From Phoronis australis (taxonomy: Eukaryota > Animalia > Phoronida): a DNA stretch of 63,851 nucleotides. The position numbers and the translations under genes are program-made. Position 1 is the stretch's first letter, and every line of letters begins with the position of its first letter. A model generated the notes under the pieces. That model did no database searches and was not told the DNA's origin. It saw nothing but the letters and a program-made list of their open reading frames with translations. Positions 1-12,800 of this stretch are shown piece after piece. The DNA is taken from positions 1-63,851 of the forward strand of contig NMRA01001010.1 in assembly GCA_002633005.1 (NCBI GenBank), written 5' to 3'.

Positions 1-226
1 GGAGCACCCGTGGAATTTCAAGTCCGAAGTGTCATACCTTGTAGTATTATATGTAGTGTATTGGGGACGATCAGAAACTGAGGACGCCTGTGACTAGAAA
101 CGAAGAACTCTTGCACTATGAACTATATGGTGAGATAGACGAAACTTGCATGTTGACAGATATTGCAAATGGCTTCTGTTGTAGCGTTATTAGACTTGTC
201 TCCCCTGGAATTGGTCAGGCACTAAT

Positions 227-950
227 TTGTTTGAGACTCTGAATAGTCACTTCCAGCTAGCAGCTTTTGAACATAGATCATGCGTTAAGTTCTGTGTTTC
301 ATACAATGCTTGTTCAACAAACCAATTTTCTTGTTACTGTATGTTGCATGAACGTTACGCATTAATAATAAGGCTCACACGGGAAAGCATGGACAGTTAC
401 ATAATGGCACTGAAAATCCCTGACTCAATCTTGTGCCAACCAAACTCTGACCCATGAGTTGCTGAGAGAAAGAAAAGTGTATGGTCTGTGGTATACAGGA
501 AAATAAACTGGATAGAGCACACAACTGTTGATGCTGACATCACTCAACCGAGTCGTGACACCGATTAAAGAAGCAACCCTTGATAGTTCGCAAGTCCAAC
601 AAAGTCTGAGGCTTGACCCAACCAAACATGACCGAGAGGTACAGAGAACACATCACACAATCAAAACAACTGTGGAAATTTTCTCATGAATCAGCGGCTT
701 AGCTGTATTTTTGACCCTCGATGCAAATTGAGGTTACTGGCAAATTGCACTAGATAATGAAATCTCAAAGCTTTGTGTATTCACCACACCGTGGACGTGG
801 TGTAGATACAAATTCATCCATCCACCGTTCGGAATCGGTACTAGCGGTGACAAACCATGAAGTAACTCGCGATTTAGGAGTCGAGATTATAGTGGATGAC
901 ACATTCTTGTTTATGCCCAAATACGCAAGAACACTAGAAATGGCTTGGAA
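227..950 (+). mobile_element. Decayed Ty3/Gypsy LTR-retrotransposon remnant (gag and reverse transcriptase fragments)
   Basis: Translation from ~700 gives FLTLDAN*GYWQIALDNEISKLCVFTTPW..RYKF..PFGI, then after a frameshift GVEIIVDD (877-900), matching Gypsy RT motifs LD..GYWQ, FxTPxGRY, PFG and xxDD. The 227-530 region reads ERY...RESMDSYIMALK...VCGIQ, which is gag-like. Stops and frameshifts are present. Confidence 0.7.
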
Positions 951-1628
951 AAAATTTTCACCTGCACAGAAATTGGCCTGTACGGTAAAGTCGCGTGATT
1001 TTCGGACACTGAAAATTAATTCCAATAGAAAAAATTCATTCTTGGACGAATCTCGTCTCATAATGCACCGGAAGAGGTCAATTAGTGGAAAGGTCATCAA
1101 AAAATTAATATGTAATTTCTCCTACAATTTTAATGAATTCCTTTTTCATGGGTAAACGGGTTGCTGTCAGCACGGTAAAGTCGCGTGATTTTCGGACACT
1201 GAAAATTAATTCCAATAGAAAAAATTCATTCTTGGACGAATTTCGCGAAACATCATTTCTGTGGTGTCCGAATTTGGCGGACCTCCAAACTTGGGTTTCA
1301 GCTAGTGTCCGAATTTCGTGAGTGTACATTATTTCGATGAGCGGTCGTAGTATCAACATTGCTTGCTCGTTCATTTGATAGCAGTACAATTGCAGGTAAA
1401 TGAGACTGAAATGGTCTGCGCGATTAATTTTTGAAAATCTGGCTTTCCCAATAAGAAATGTGCGCTGTCGACGCACAAGACCGTTCCCGACAAGTGTTGG
1501 TTCTTCTTTTCAAAGATGCGCTTTCTCAATATGAAATATTCGGCTTGCATTGCCGATGCTCAAAAACCGTTCTCGGCAAGTGACGGAATCTTTTCAAAAC
1601 TGCGCTATCTCACTTGAAATATCGGGCT

Positions 1629-1960
1629 GAGTCTTCCTGGTGACAAATATGGGCTTTCCAATGAGTGGGTCTGGTTTGCGTTGTTGACGCGCATGAAACG
1701 CTGCAGACAACCGATTCTCTTTTGTAAAAATTCGTTTTCTCAATAAAAAAATGTCGAGTTTGCGCTGTCAACGCATTGTTTCCCAATGCGTTGTGAAAAA
1801 AGAGTCTTCCTGGTGACAAATATGGGCTTTCCAATGAGTGGGTCTGGTTTGCGTTGTTGGCTCGCATGAAACGCTGCAGACAGCTGATTCTCTTTTGTAA
1901 AAATTCGTTTTCTCAATAAAAAAGTGTCGAGTTTGTGCTGTCAACGCATTGTTTCCCAAT
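1629..1960. repeat. Tandem duplication, 173-bp period, 2 copies
   Basis: gagtcttcctggtgacaaatatggg... starts at both 1629 and 1802. Confidence 0.9.
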
Positions 1961-2353
1961 AAAAAACTGGACTTGCGTATTCGACGCACAAAGAGGGTTC
2001 CCGACCACTGATCTAAACATGCGCTTTCTCAACTTTAACGAATTTTGCATTAAACGTAACAGTAATGGATGTGGGATCGATCGAGTTCAATGAAGAAAGT
2101 GATGAGCAATGACGAGAACATAGCATATATTTATGTTTGTTAAACGAATCCATGCATTGTCTGCTGGTTACAAACCGAAACGCAAGTTAACTCTGACACG
2201 TTTATTTCCATATTAACTGAAAGCTCAGTTTCAACATGAAAACTTCGAATGAGCAATTACCCAAAATAGATTACAAAGACAATCATAACAGTAAAATGAG
2301 TAGTTTCTCATCGACTCGTGATCCCCATTCGTCGTCCTGGTAGTCGTCTGAAT

Positions 2354-2662
2354 TGTTGAAGAAGCGCTGTCGTTCTACGTGTTTAGGCCTAGTGCAAACG
2401 ATGGGAATGCGTGGACTAGTACAGTGCTGCGTGGCTGAAGACAGGATTAACTAACATATTGTATATATAAGGGCGTTGTCTAGAAAGCGAATGCAATTTC
2501 AAGTGCTATGTTGAAGAAGCGCTGTCGTTCTACATGTTTAGGCCTAGTGCAAACGATGGGAATGCGTGGACTAGTACAGTGCTGCACGGCTGAAGACACG
2601 ATTAACTAACATATTGTATACATAAGGGTGTTGTCTAGAAAGCGAATGCAATTTCAATTGCT
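2354..2662. repeat. Tandem duplication, 155-bp period, 2 copies
   Basis: tgttgaagaagcgctgtcgttctac... starts at both 2354 and 2509. Confidence 0.9.
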
Positions 2663-3035
2663 ACCAACACCAAAATTCACCCAACCGTTTTTTACAATTA
2701 AATCCTTTCTCATCCACAGCCTTTGAAACGCCCGATGTTAACTCAGTGATACACTGGCGCCTCGTCATGCAACTGAGGTGACCTAACACATCTGGGTTCG
2801 CGTACGTTTTTAACCACAGTGAAAACAGGCTGAAATGTTTTTGAAAAATAACAGTGACTATCTGAGGAGAGGAATACATAACAAAATAAAATATGGAAAC
2901 ACCAAACAAAAATCAAAACAACACTTACCTGTTGCAATAACGACTTAAACGCAAACGTACTGACCGACTTGCATGAACGGAATGTTAGTTGAACATGTTA
3001 GTAGAACAAAACTGTCTCAATGAAATTTTCATGGT

Positions 3036-3340
3036 TTACAGGTTTAAGAAGATTCACCGTAGATTTCCGCATATAAGTCCAGCAGAATATAATGGCCAAT
3101 TTGCGTATCTCAAATTTTTCCCTAAAAAGTATTTTTACATAAGACGTTTGGTTTCCCGAACTTATATACGGAAATCGGTGGTAATACTTACAGGTTTAAG
3201 AAGATTCACCGTAGATTTCCGTATATAAGTCCAGCAGAATATATGGCCAATTTGCGTATCTTAAGTTTTTCCCTAAAAAGTATTTTTACATAAGACGTTT
3301 GGTTTCCCGAACTTACATACGGAAATCGGTGGTAATACTT
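3036..3340. repeat. Tandem duplication, ~152-bp period, 2 copies
   Basis: ttacaggtttaagaagattcaccgtagatttccg... starts at both 3036 and 3188. Confidence 0.9.
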
Positions 3341-3584
3341 CCCAAAATTATTTACCCTTGCTGCAGGTAAGGCATCACCTCGGGTAAAAATAGAACAATA
3401 ATAATTAGCAATGTAACAGCCATCTCTTTCGAATCAAACACAATTAAACACACTTACAGCTGAAATGCCTCTAAAACTATCTTAAGTAATACAAAAAGCA
3501 TGGTCTGTAGTTTAAGATCACGTTTCTTTTCTGTCTCAAAACTATCAACTGAAGACGGTGAAATGGACAAGAAGACAAGGTCCT

Positions 3585-3851
3585 GTGGAAAATAGATATG
3601 GAACTCCAGGTCGGAAACACCTATAAGGTCCCAGGTTCATTGCATCGGACTGCAGGTCCTGTATTCTTGTTAGCCTACCCCTAGGACCGCAAGAAGCAAC
3701 GACTATCAAATCTGATTGTGGAAAGTAGATATGGAACTCCAGGTCGGAAACACCTATAAGGTCCCAGGTTCGTTGCATCAGACTGCAGGTCCAGGTATTC
3801 TTGTTAGCCTACCCCTAGGACCGCAAGAAGCAGCGACTATCAAATCTGATT
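3585..3851. repeat. Tandem duplication, ~133-bp period, 2 copies
   Basis: tgtggaaa(g)tagatatggaactccaggtcggaaacacc...caaatctgatt is repeated. Confidence 0.9.
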
Positions 3852-6800
3852 CAACTGACTTGTCATTTTTCGATGATTGGAGGATTTTCTTACGATCGCC
3901 GCAGACAGAGATCGAGTGTCACAGGGTACCGCTTGGGCGGCGCAGCACTGAAAAAATTGGAGGGCTAAAGCCCCCTCAGACCCCTGTGGTGCATAGCCCA
4001 TTGACCACGCGTGGCGTAGCACTGAAAAAAGTGGGAGGTTATAGCCCCCAGTCCCCTATGGTGCGCCGCCCATGTCCCGGTATCCTCAGTTGTCGCGATT
4101 CATCTTAATCTCGGGACACCATGGAGTCCAGGGTGTTGTACCTCAGACGGTACAAGGCGCGAATTAACAAGACCACAAGTACACAGACCAGTGGATGATC
4201 AATCAAAATTAGGTCGCCGCATATTCAATATTTTTAGGTCTACATGGGGGTAAAGCTCGTAACGCTAGGACTTCACTAAAAAGCAAGAATTCATGAAATT
4301 GTGTATTTTCAGTTGAAAACGTGATTTTGGCTAGATTTTTCTATTCCCAAGACAGCTACTGAACTCTACCCTAGNTTTTCAGTTGAAAACGTGATTTTGG
4401 CTAGATTTTTCTATTCCCAAGACAGCTACTGAACTCTACCCTAGTCTTCGTACAGGGCCGCAAGGGTGAGAATCTCACGAGCACGCTAGTCTGAAGACTT
4501 CGAGACGTATGGTCAAGTATTGCAAGCGAAGCACACTATCACACTAGCTTATTTAGCGAGATTCTTGCATCTGTGATGATTATCAGAGATAGAGAATTTG
4601 TAAGGGTAGTGAAGCGTGGTTACGTGGGTGTATATTAGTTTTTGAGTATGTATTATAGTACAGGCACTTACACAACATAAGGCAGGGATGCAGTGTCCCT
4701 GTAGCAATTGCGTGTGCGGCACTGCGCCAGCGCGCCGTTCTGAGTGCTGGGCCTTGCACTGCTTAACACATTACACGAATGAGCACTACCAAGAAGAAAC
4801 TGAAAAACGAAAGACGTTTGAACTGCAAACAGATTTTTAATGAAAAATTTTCGTTTCAACCCAAAAATTGCGTTGTCAGAAGCACGTCTGAATGTTAGTC
4901 AGTGGTGGCTCATTCCTTGCTAACTGTCCCATTCAAAATCAAGTTATTAAGCAAGCCCAGAACGGCTGCACGAAGACTTCAATCATTCGCCGGGATGCAG
5001 GTAAGTGGCAGCAAAACTTATTGTCCGGCGATAGTTGGGCATTTGCAAAGGCCAGGACGTTTTAAAATAAAAACGTTTCGTAAACACGCAAGTTGATGTC
5101 AGGCGTGCATGTTCAATGTCACAGTCGGGAGTCGAACAACAAGGCTTATTTAAACCAGAGCACATGTTACGCTACAACGAAAAGTTGCAGCCTTCGGTGT
5201 ATTTCCTATTTGTATTTTCATCAGAAATTTTCCTTATGCGGAACTCGGTGATTCTTTTCATAGCTAAAGCGCCAAACACAAGCTAAACGCAAGACAATCG
5301 AGTAACGGTCGTGACATCGTCAAGACAAGGCAAAAATTACAAACCCGTTATACCGATTCTCGGACTCAAGCCTTATACAGTAGTAATCATCCGTTGAACG
5401 CTTTAGTGNCGAACTCAAGATAAGTGTCTATTATTCTATGCTCGAGTACACAATAACTTACGTACATAATTCATTGCCCTTAGTTCACAGTTTGTAAACC
5501 CAATATTAAACCAGTAAGTTCGAGTTTGAACTCGAAATTTCGAGTTTTTACTCGAGTTTGTAGCACGAATATAAGGGTCTTCAAGGGCAAACTTGAACTA
5601 GAAACTCCTATGCATAAACTATAATGTATTCGAGCACAGTCTGATAACCAATTATCTTAAATTAGCACAAAACGAGCAGAGAAATTGCCAAAAATAGTTT
5701 CGAGTTCGTTTCGAGTACAACGATTAGAGACCGGGCCCTGAGGTTGGTTTTCGACTTTTAAAAATCAATGAACCATTAATGGGTTCACAATTAACTGACT
5801 TCTAAGTTGTTTTGATACTTCGTTTAAAAACAAAATAAAAAGTTAGCAGTGTATTTTTGGTAAGTAAAAGTCCCCATGTTTTAATCATGTACTCTTTCAT
5901 GAAAGTTGACTTTTAAACTGTGAGCATTTTATAGTTTAACAAAAAATAAAGTGTCAACTCTGAAATTTCAGTCAAATTAGACAAACTTACACTTATTGTA
6001 GTTTGACCAGTCAAAATAAAGAATATCGTTAAATTTTAAAATGTTTGGAATATTCATTGTATGGTTAATTTGACTTTGTTAATTTAAAGGAAATGTATTA
6101 TCTTAAAATTGAACTGATTGCAATGCCAGTAATTAAAAAGGCGCGTCGTCCCAAATCTCCAGCCCACACATCCCACTTTGCTACTTCTCAGTCGATGATG
6201 ATGCCTGTCTCAATGTCCATGTCTCCTCGGCTTGACTTCTTGGTGTTCATCAGGTGGAAGTATTGTCCTAATACGACACTTGAGATGATTTGAAATGAGT
6301 GGCAACTTGAGGCCACTTTTCAACAAACAAGTGTGGGGGGGGTGGAAAAACACAAAATTGAAATCAGTTTTGACCACAGAGAGGGCGTTTTGGAAATAAA
6401 CAGAGGGGTGATCAGGCTTCGTTTTGCATGTTTTGGCTGTGCGAGTATTATGAGTCGCAGGTGACGGAGAATACTGCAGGTCCTGTATTCTTGTTAGCCA
6501 ACCCCTAGGACCGCAAGAAGCAACGACTATCAAATCTGATTCAACTGACTTATAATTTTTCGAAATGATTGGAGGATTTTCTTACGGTCGCCGCAGACAG
6601 AGATCGAGTGCCACAGGGTACCGCTTGGGTGGCGCAGCACTGAAAAAAGTGGGGGGCTAAAGCCCCCTCAGACCCCTGTGGTGCATCACCTATTGACCAT
6701 GCGTGGCGTAACACTGAAAAAAGTGGGAGGTTATAGCCCCTCAGTCCCCTATGGTGCGCCGCCCATGTCCCGGTGTCCTCAGTTGTCGGGATTCATCTTA

Positions 6801-7903
6801 ACTTCGGGACACCATGGAGTCCAGGGTGTTGTACCTCAGACGGTACAAGGCGCGAATTAACAAGACCACAAGTACACAGCCCAGTGGATGAGCAAGCAAA
6901 ATTAGGTCCCCGCATATTCAATCTTTTTTAGGTCTACATAGGGGTAAAGCTCGTAACGCTAGGACTTCACTAAAAAGCAAGAATTCATGAAATTACGTGA
7001 CATATTGTGTATTTTCAGTTGAAAACGTGATTTTGGCTAGATTTTTCTATTCCCAAGACAGCTACTGAACTCTACCCTAGTCTTCGTCCAGGGCCGCAAG
7101 GGTGAGAATCTCACGAGCACGCTAGTCTGAAGACTTCGAGACGTATGGTCAAGTATTGCAAGCGAAGCACACNNNNNNNNNNNNNNNNNNNNNNNNNNNN
7201 NNNNNNNNNNNNNNNNNNNNNNNNNNNNNNNNNNNNNNNNNNNNNNNNNNNNNNNNNNNNNNNNNNNNNNNNNNNNNNNNNNNNNNNNNNNNNACTGAAA
7301 AACGAAAGACGTTTGAACTGCAAACAGATTTTTAATGAAAAATTTTCGTTTCAACCCAAAAATTGCGTTGTCAGAAGCACGTCTGAATGTTAGTCAGTGG
7401 TGGCTCATTCCTTGCTCACTGTCCCATTCAAAATCAAGTTATTAAGCAAGCCCAGAACGGCTGCACGAAGACTTCAATCATTCGCCGGGATGCAGGTAAG
7501 TGGCAGCAAAACTTATTGTCCGGCGATAGTTGGGCATTTGCAAAGGCCAGGACGTTTTAAAATAAAAACGTTTCGTAAACACGCAAGTTGATGTCAGGCG
7601 TGCATGTTCAATGTCACAGTCGGGAGTCGAACAACAAGGCTTATTTAAACCAGAGCACATGTTACGCTACAACGAAAAGTTGCAGCCTTCGGTGTATTTC
7701 CTATTTGTATTTTCATCAGAAATTTTCCTTATGCGGAACTCGGTGATTCTTTTCATAGCTAAAGCGCCAAACACAAGCTAAACGCAAGACAATCGAGTAA
7801 CGGTCGTGACATCGTCAAGACAAGGCAAAAATTACAAACCCGTTATACCGATTCTCGGACTCAAGCCTTATACAGTAGTAATCATCCGTTGAACGCTTTA
7901 GTG
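3782..7903. repeat. ~1.6-kb direct duplication (3782-5408 vs 6472-7903), possibly an assembly artefact
   Basis: Near-identical copies with identical ORFs at 4902 and 7397. The first copy ends at a single N (5409) and the second contains a gap. Confidence 0.85.
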
Positions 7904-9537
7904 ACACGGGAGTTGCGTCGATCCCAAATTACCGTTTCTAAAATTTTCCTTGTCCGAAAGTCGCGGGACAAAATTCCGATGTTTATGACAATGTCCGAAA
8001 TTCGAGGATCTTTGAAAAACAGTTTTTGGACCTTGTACGAATTTCGTGGACTATGAAAAACTCATTTCGGAAATATTTATTCTTGGTCGAAAATGGCGGG
8101 CCGTCCGAAAATCACGCGACTTTACCGTATACTCTATCTTGTTTAGTCTTCAACACATTTAGATAAGAGGATGGATTCATAACTAGTTTACATGAGACTC
8201 TGTGAAGTGGGTTTCTGTTAATCTCAAATATGCACCAGTTTTGAATATTTGACATTCATTAGTTGTTTAACCGGGGTATATGCTTTTGTTTAAAAAATAT
8301 AAACAAAAACATGATCAGAATGCATGTTTGATCCCAAATTAAATTGTAGAAAAATCACTGTTGTGAAAACAATGGCAAGTATGAACTTTAAAAATATTCA
8401 CTCATAACACTAATAGTGAAGACAGCAGGGACAAGGTAGCTTTCTACATTTAGTTTTGAACCGTCCGTGCACGTGGTTGCTGTGTGGTGGGTGAAGCTAA
8501 GGCATAGCGGATGAACTTTTCATTCGCGCTGTGGAATGATGCGATTTTGATATGGATTTGGTCAATATATGTGGTTGATAATTCATGAGTATTCCTTACT
8601 TCATATTCTCTTAAAAATGCAAGAACGTGCTAATTTTTCTCTATTCCTAAGATATGTTTTGGACCCCTATTTTTCATGCCTAGGAAACCCAAACAAAGTA
8701 CATTAGTACCCAAACGTTTTGGGTATAGATACATCACTGCGTCTACTTGTGTATTTTGCATATTTAGAAATGCAAAATTGCATTTTTTAAATCAAAGTAG
8801 TGAACCTAATTCTGAGTAGTGAACCTTCCCATTACAGCATTTTGGGTGGCATTAAATCGTTATATCACGTGGTGTTTATAAATGAGCAATTTGTTTGAGG
8901 TTTGGAACCAGCTTCAAATTTCAATCTTGAAATGCATCAAGGTCGAAGCTTTCTCTAGCTGCCTCTCACCTGTCACCTCTTACGTGTCATGCTGGCCATT
9001 TGAGGGCCGTTATAGGAGGGCTCGACTCGTTCTTTTCTTTCACTGTGGGCAAGTCGTTCAAAATTTACTTGTCCGAACTGAAAATTGTCATTGTCTGAAA
9101 TTTGAAATTTTGTTGGTGTTGAATGAAACAAATATAATGAGACTGTGCTGCAGCAAGATAAATATAATGCAAAATCACTTTCAAAGAACTTAAGTGAAAA
9201 CATCAGTAACAGGAACATTAAGTAATAAAAAACCAAAGAAATCATTGGACCGAACTGATTCTCTTATAGTGTCCCGCCTGCGTATCTTTGCTTAGCAAAT
9301 GCAATTTAAAAAGTGGGCTGTCTTTGCTAATAAGGAACTTCTTCTTTTTGCCTACTCATGGATAAGTCTTTATTCCCTTATTTGTGGTAGAAATGAACAT
9401 ATTGATTTCTTACCTATAATCAGGTGGATTTTTTGCAGATGATATTTTAGTAAATGATAGCTGTATTTGGTCATCAGCCGACATAATTTTAAATCAGGTA
9501 GATCGTGATCTATTATGTCCGTTAATCTGTTTCGTAG

Positions 9538-9819
9538 ATAGTAGGACATGCAGAGATGGTTACAGCTGCACATACCCTGCAGTGTGCAAGAATGTCACAG
9601 TATCGTTTACTTGGGGAGAAGGCACTGGTTATGAGCTGGAATGTCGATGTGGCCAAAAAGGCACCTGTCGTACGAAAGGCGCAAAATGCAGGGACGTTTG
9701 GCGCAGATATTATTCACGTCAACTTGACGAAATTGTCATAGGTGCAGAAGGAGTTTGTCAGTGTCCGTCGACTAGTCTGGAGTTCCGACTGACCCGTGAA
9801 CCATACTGTCTCCACCCAG
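9538..9819 (+). CDS. Exon (phase 1-1): 10-Cys extracellular, EGF-like-patterned domain
   Basis: tttcgtag|...CCAG|gtaagc; [16 protein letters not shown]...ECRC...VCQC...PYCLHP. Confidence 0.85.
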
Positions 9820-12800
9820 GTAAGCGGGACGTTTTTCATATTTAACGATGTAGTTTAATTACACTTTAAAAAACCCTTTTGACCAGTGCACCGATATTTT
9901 GGACTATACTTGGCCAGCTGAGCTGGAGGCAGATATAGTATTGTCTTTTATAACATTTGCAGAACTGCCAAACAAAAACGAAACCAGTTTCTAGAACAAG
10001 ACATATATATCGTGACCTCTGTCGAGAGAATCACACAACATAATCTCGCTCACGGTCTTCTTCATGCAGAGACGAACAACGGCCTAGTACTCTGTTGACG
10101 ACCGCATGTGGCAGCCCGCAGAGACAACTTCATATAAAATAATTTTATCTCTTGTAAAATGTCATATGTTTCACAGTGTCCATACATTTGGTCATGTACT
10201 GTAGCTCCTCTTTAAAGGGCCGTACTACCGGCCTTTTCACTGACAAAAAGTTTTGATCTACTTAACAAATTGTCAAGTTAATACCACACCAAAGTGCATT
10301 TGCAGTACTTACAACTGTCGCTTAGGCCTTGTGGCTGTCCACATAACGTTCTATGGAATAAATGGACAAACTTTGATTTTTCAAATCTGTTAGTACGATA
10401 TATAATTTTTCTGAGAAATGATTTTACAGCCTAAATGAATGAAAAATAATCCAAAAAATGAATTCATATCAAAACTTTTATTTCTATATCATCCTCTTAT
10501 TAGTACAAATTATGTTGCTCGGTCATTTTCAGGTTATTAAAAATTAGAAAATCCCTTCTCAACATGATTCGGTGTGTAAAATACGGTTTTTCCACCCACT
10601 TGGGTATGAGTTATGCACTTCCTTGTTTAATATTTTAGGTTACAGTGATTGGTTTCAACACACTGTTCCTCAACTTGGGTTTGTATCTGAACTAGTTGAA
10701 AAATCATCAGCTGTGCTCGAGTCTTTGCAGTGGACGTTTTTGTCTATAATGAAAAATGGAACCAAGGTATGCAGTTCTTGAATGTTCCAATTGTGGGCCA
10801 GTGAACTCCCCAAATACAGTCAAGCATCATTACAACGTACATCTAGGAATCTTTGGAATTTATAACAATTAAGTTTGGTGCAACTTGGCTAGACTTTTTA
10901 TAGGTCATAGACCCACTGCGGTGTTTTTAAAAAGAAATAGGCCTACAGTCAATAGTTCACCATACTACTTATTATACACAAAATTCAAAAAGCAATGCAG
11001 TATATATTTAGTTGTGGTGTAAGTGCGTGCGCATGTTCCTCAGACTGTGGAATTGCAAAGTTTGCTGTTGTTGGTTGTAAACATACCTCATGGTCACAAG
11101 GTACGGAAAATTTTGAATGTTGTTCTGATGTACGGTAATTGTTGTAAAGGTTTATGTTGTGAAGATTGTGACTAGCAGCGAAATACTCGTGACTTTGAAG
11201 TTTCTATGTTATATCGTTGTAAACATTCTAAACGGGATGTGTTGTAAAGAGGTTTGACTGTATTCTGTATGTTAAGAAGTTCGCCATTACCGTATTCCTC
11301 CTCGTAGTACTCTTCTAAGCTTCATAGTTTTTATGCTCTCACATATAGATTTGTGGATGCATGTTACTGCCATCTCATGCAGTCATTTGGTGTTCGGCGT
11401 CTGCTCCCGCATCTTCAAAACCCCTAGGTGGATGACTTCTTGAAAGATGACAGATGTGTTTTTGTGAAGCTGGCCGCGGATAACCTTGACTTTTAGATGA
11501 ACCTGAGCAGTGGATTTCTTTGCATTTGCCTCTGTATCTTTGGAGCTCCTTGATGGGTTTTCACGAAATTTGGCAAATAATGTACCATTAAGGACTAATA
11601 AGATGACAACACCTTTTTATTTTTAGAAGGATAAAAGAACGTATTATGCATCACCTAACAGCCAGTCAGCTTATGGCGTCAGGCCCTCTCTATCACGCAA
11701 ACTGATTATAGGATTATTAAGGAAATTAGCAGATATGTTTTCCTACTGAAAACAGCATGACTGATGTTGATTTTCAGACAGATTCGCTTACTGTGATACC
11801 CCCTAGTGGCTCTTTTTTGCAGCCACAGACCACGTCTGTATCTCCTGAACTGAACCTTGCGATGTCTTTGAGAAATTGTGAAAGTTGACTGGTGCATTCT
11901 TAGGAATGTGGAAGCAGATACCAGATGTTGATTTTCAGACGGATTCGCTTACTGTGACGACCCCTATTGGCACGTTTTTGCATCCACAGACCACGTTTGT
12001 ATCTCCTGAATTCCTTGCAATGTCTTTGAGAAATGGCAAAAGTTGACTGGTGCATATTTTCCTATGAATGTGGCTGCAGATACCGAAACGATTCTTGTGG
12101 ATTCGACTACCACTGCCTCTCAATGGCTAAGTCCATATTTTTATGTTTGCTTTGCAGTTTTTGGACTGATTATCTATTAGGGACATTTTCGAAGATGTTC
12201 AACATATTCTGTGCTACCTAGTGGAAATTTTCATGATACTAATAAAACCCCTAGAAGCAAACCATTTGTGTTGTAGTTGTGGGGGCATATGAACGCTTTG
12301 TGTTGCTCTTGTCAAGTCATAAATGTCAGGAGGTGCACAGTTGAGTGTTCGTATCCCTCACGTACCTGAGGGAAACGTGCCTGTGCCCTCTGAGAGGGAA
12401 TTTTTCAGGTAAAGGGAAAATTCTCCACCTTTTATTTCAACTCTGCATCTCTCTCGGCTTTACCCAGGCGTGTGAAGAATGGTCATTAAGTAATGTTACA
12501 ATTATGAATTAAAGACAATAGGTGGTGTACCATATCTGACGAATCCAGTTGTACCATTTGAAACCCCTTAAAAATCGTGAACTTCACCTACAGTAGTTTA
12601 TTCGCACTTTGAGAATATGGGACAGCATTGATCAATGTTCAGACATACATGTTCTAACGTCTCCTGATGGCCGTTACCAAATGATCACTCAGACATACAA
12701 CATATACAACCTTTACCTCAACATGGATGTTTAATATTTATTACGACAATTGTACTGGAGTTAAGCTTAGAAAACGCTTGAAAGCATATTCTATTGCTGG

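Larger units (their letters stand above)
983..8127. mobile_element. Non-autonomous TIR DNA transposon (Tc1/mariner-pogo type by TA flanks), ~7.1 kb with nested repeats
   Basis: Perfect 25-bp TIR CGGTAAAGTCGCGTGATTTTCGGAC (983-1007) and its reverse complement (8103-8127), with TA on both sides (981-982, 8128-8129). Subterminal GTCCGAA-W-TCG repeats occur near both ends. A second copy of the left end starts at 1173. No transposase ORF seen. Confidence 0.8.

Noticed and set aside
39-204. Minus-strand exon suggested by good-looking splice sites
   Set aside because: All three frames contain stops, and the region adjoins the Gypsy remnant.
1629-3851. CRISPR-like array
   Set aside because: Units are 130-175 bp, occur in two copies only and have no unique spacers. 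The context is eukaryotic and there are no cas genes.
4306-4444. ~69-bp exact tandem duplication
   Set aside because: The copies are separated by a single N (4375), typical of an unmerged contig overlap.
5410-5740. Harbinger-like MITE ending in gagaccgggccc
   Set aside because: Only one end is visible and the other is cut at N 5409, so TIR and TSD cannot be confirmed.
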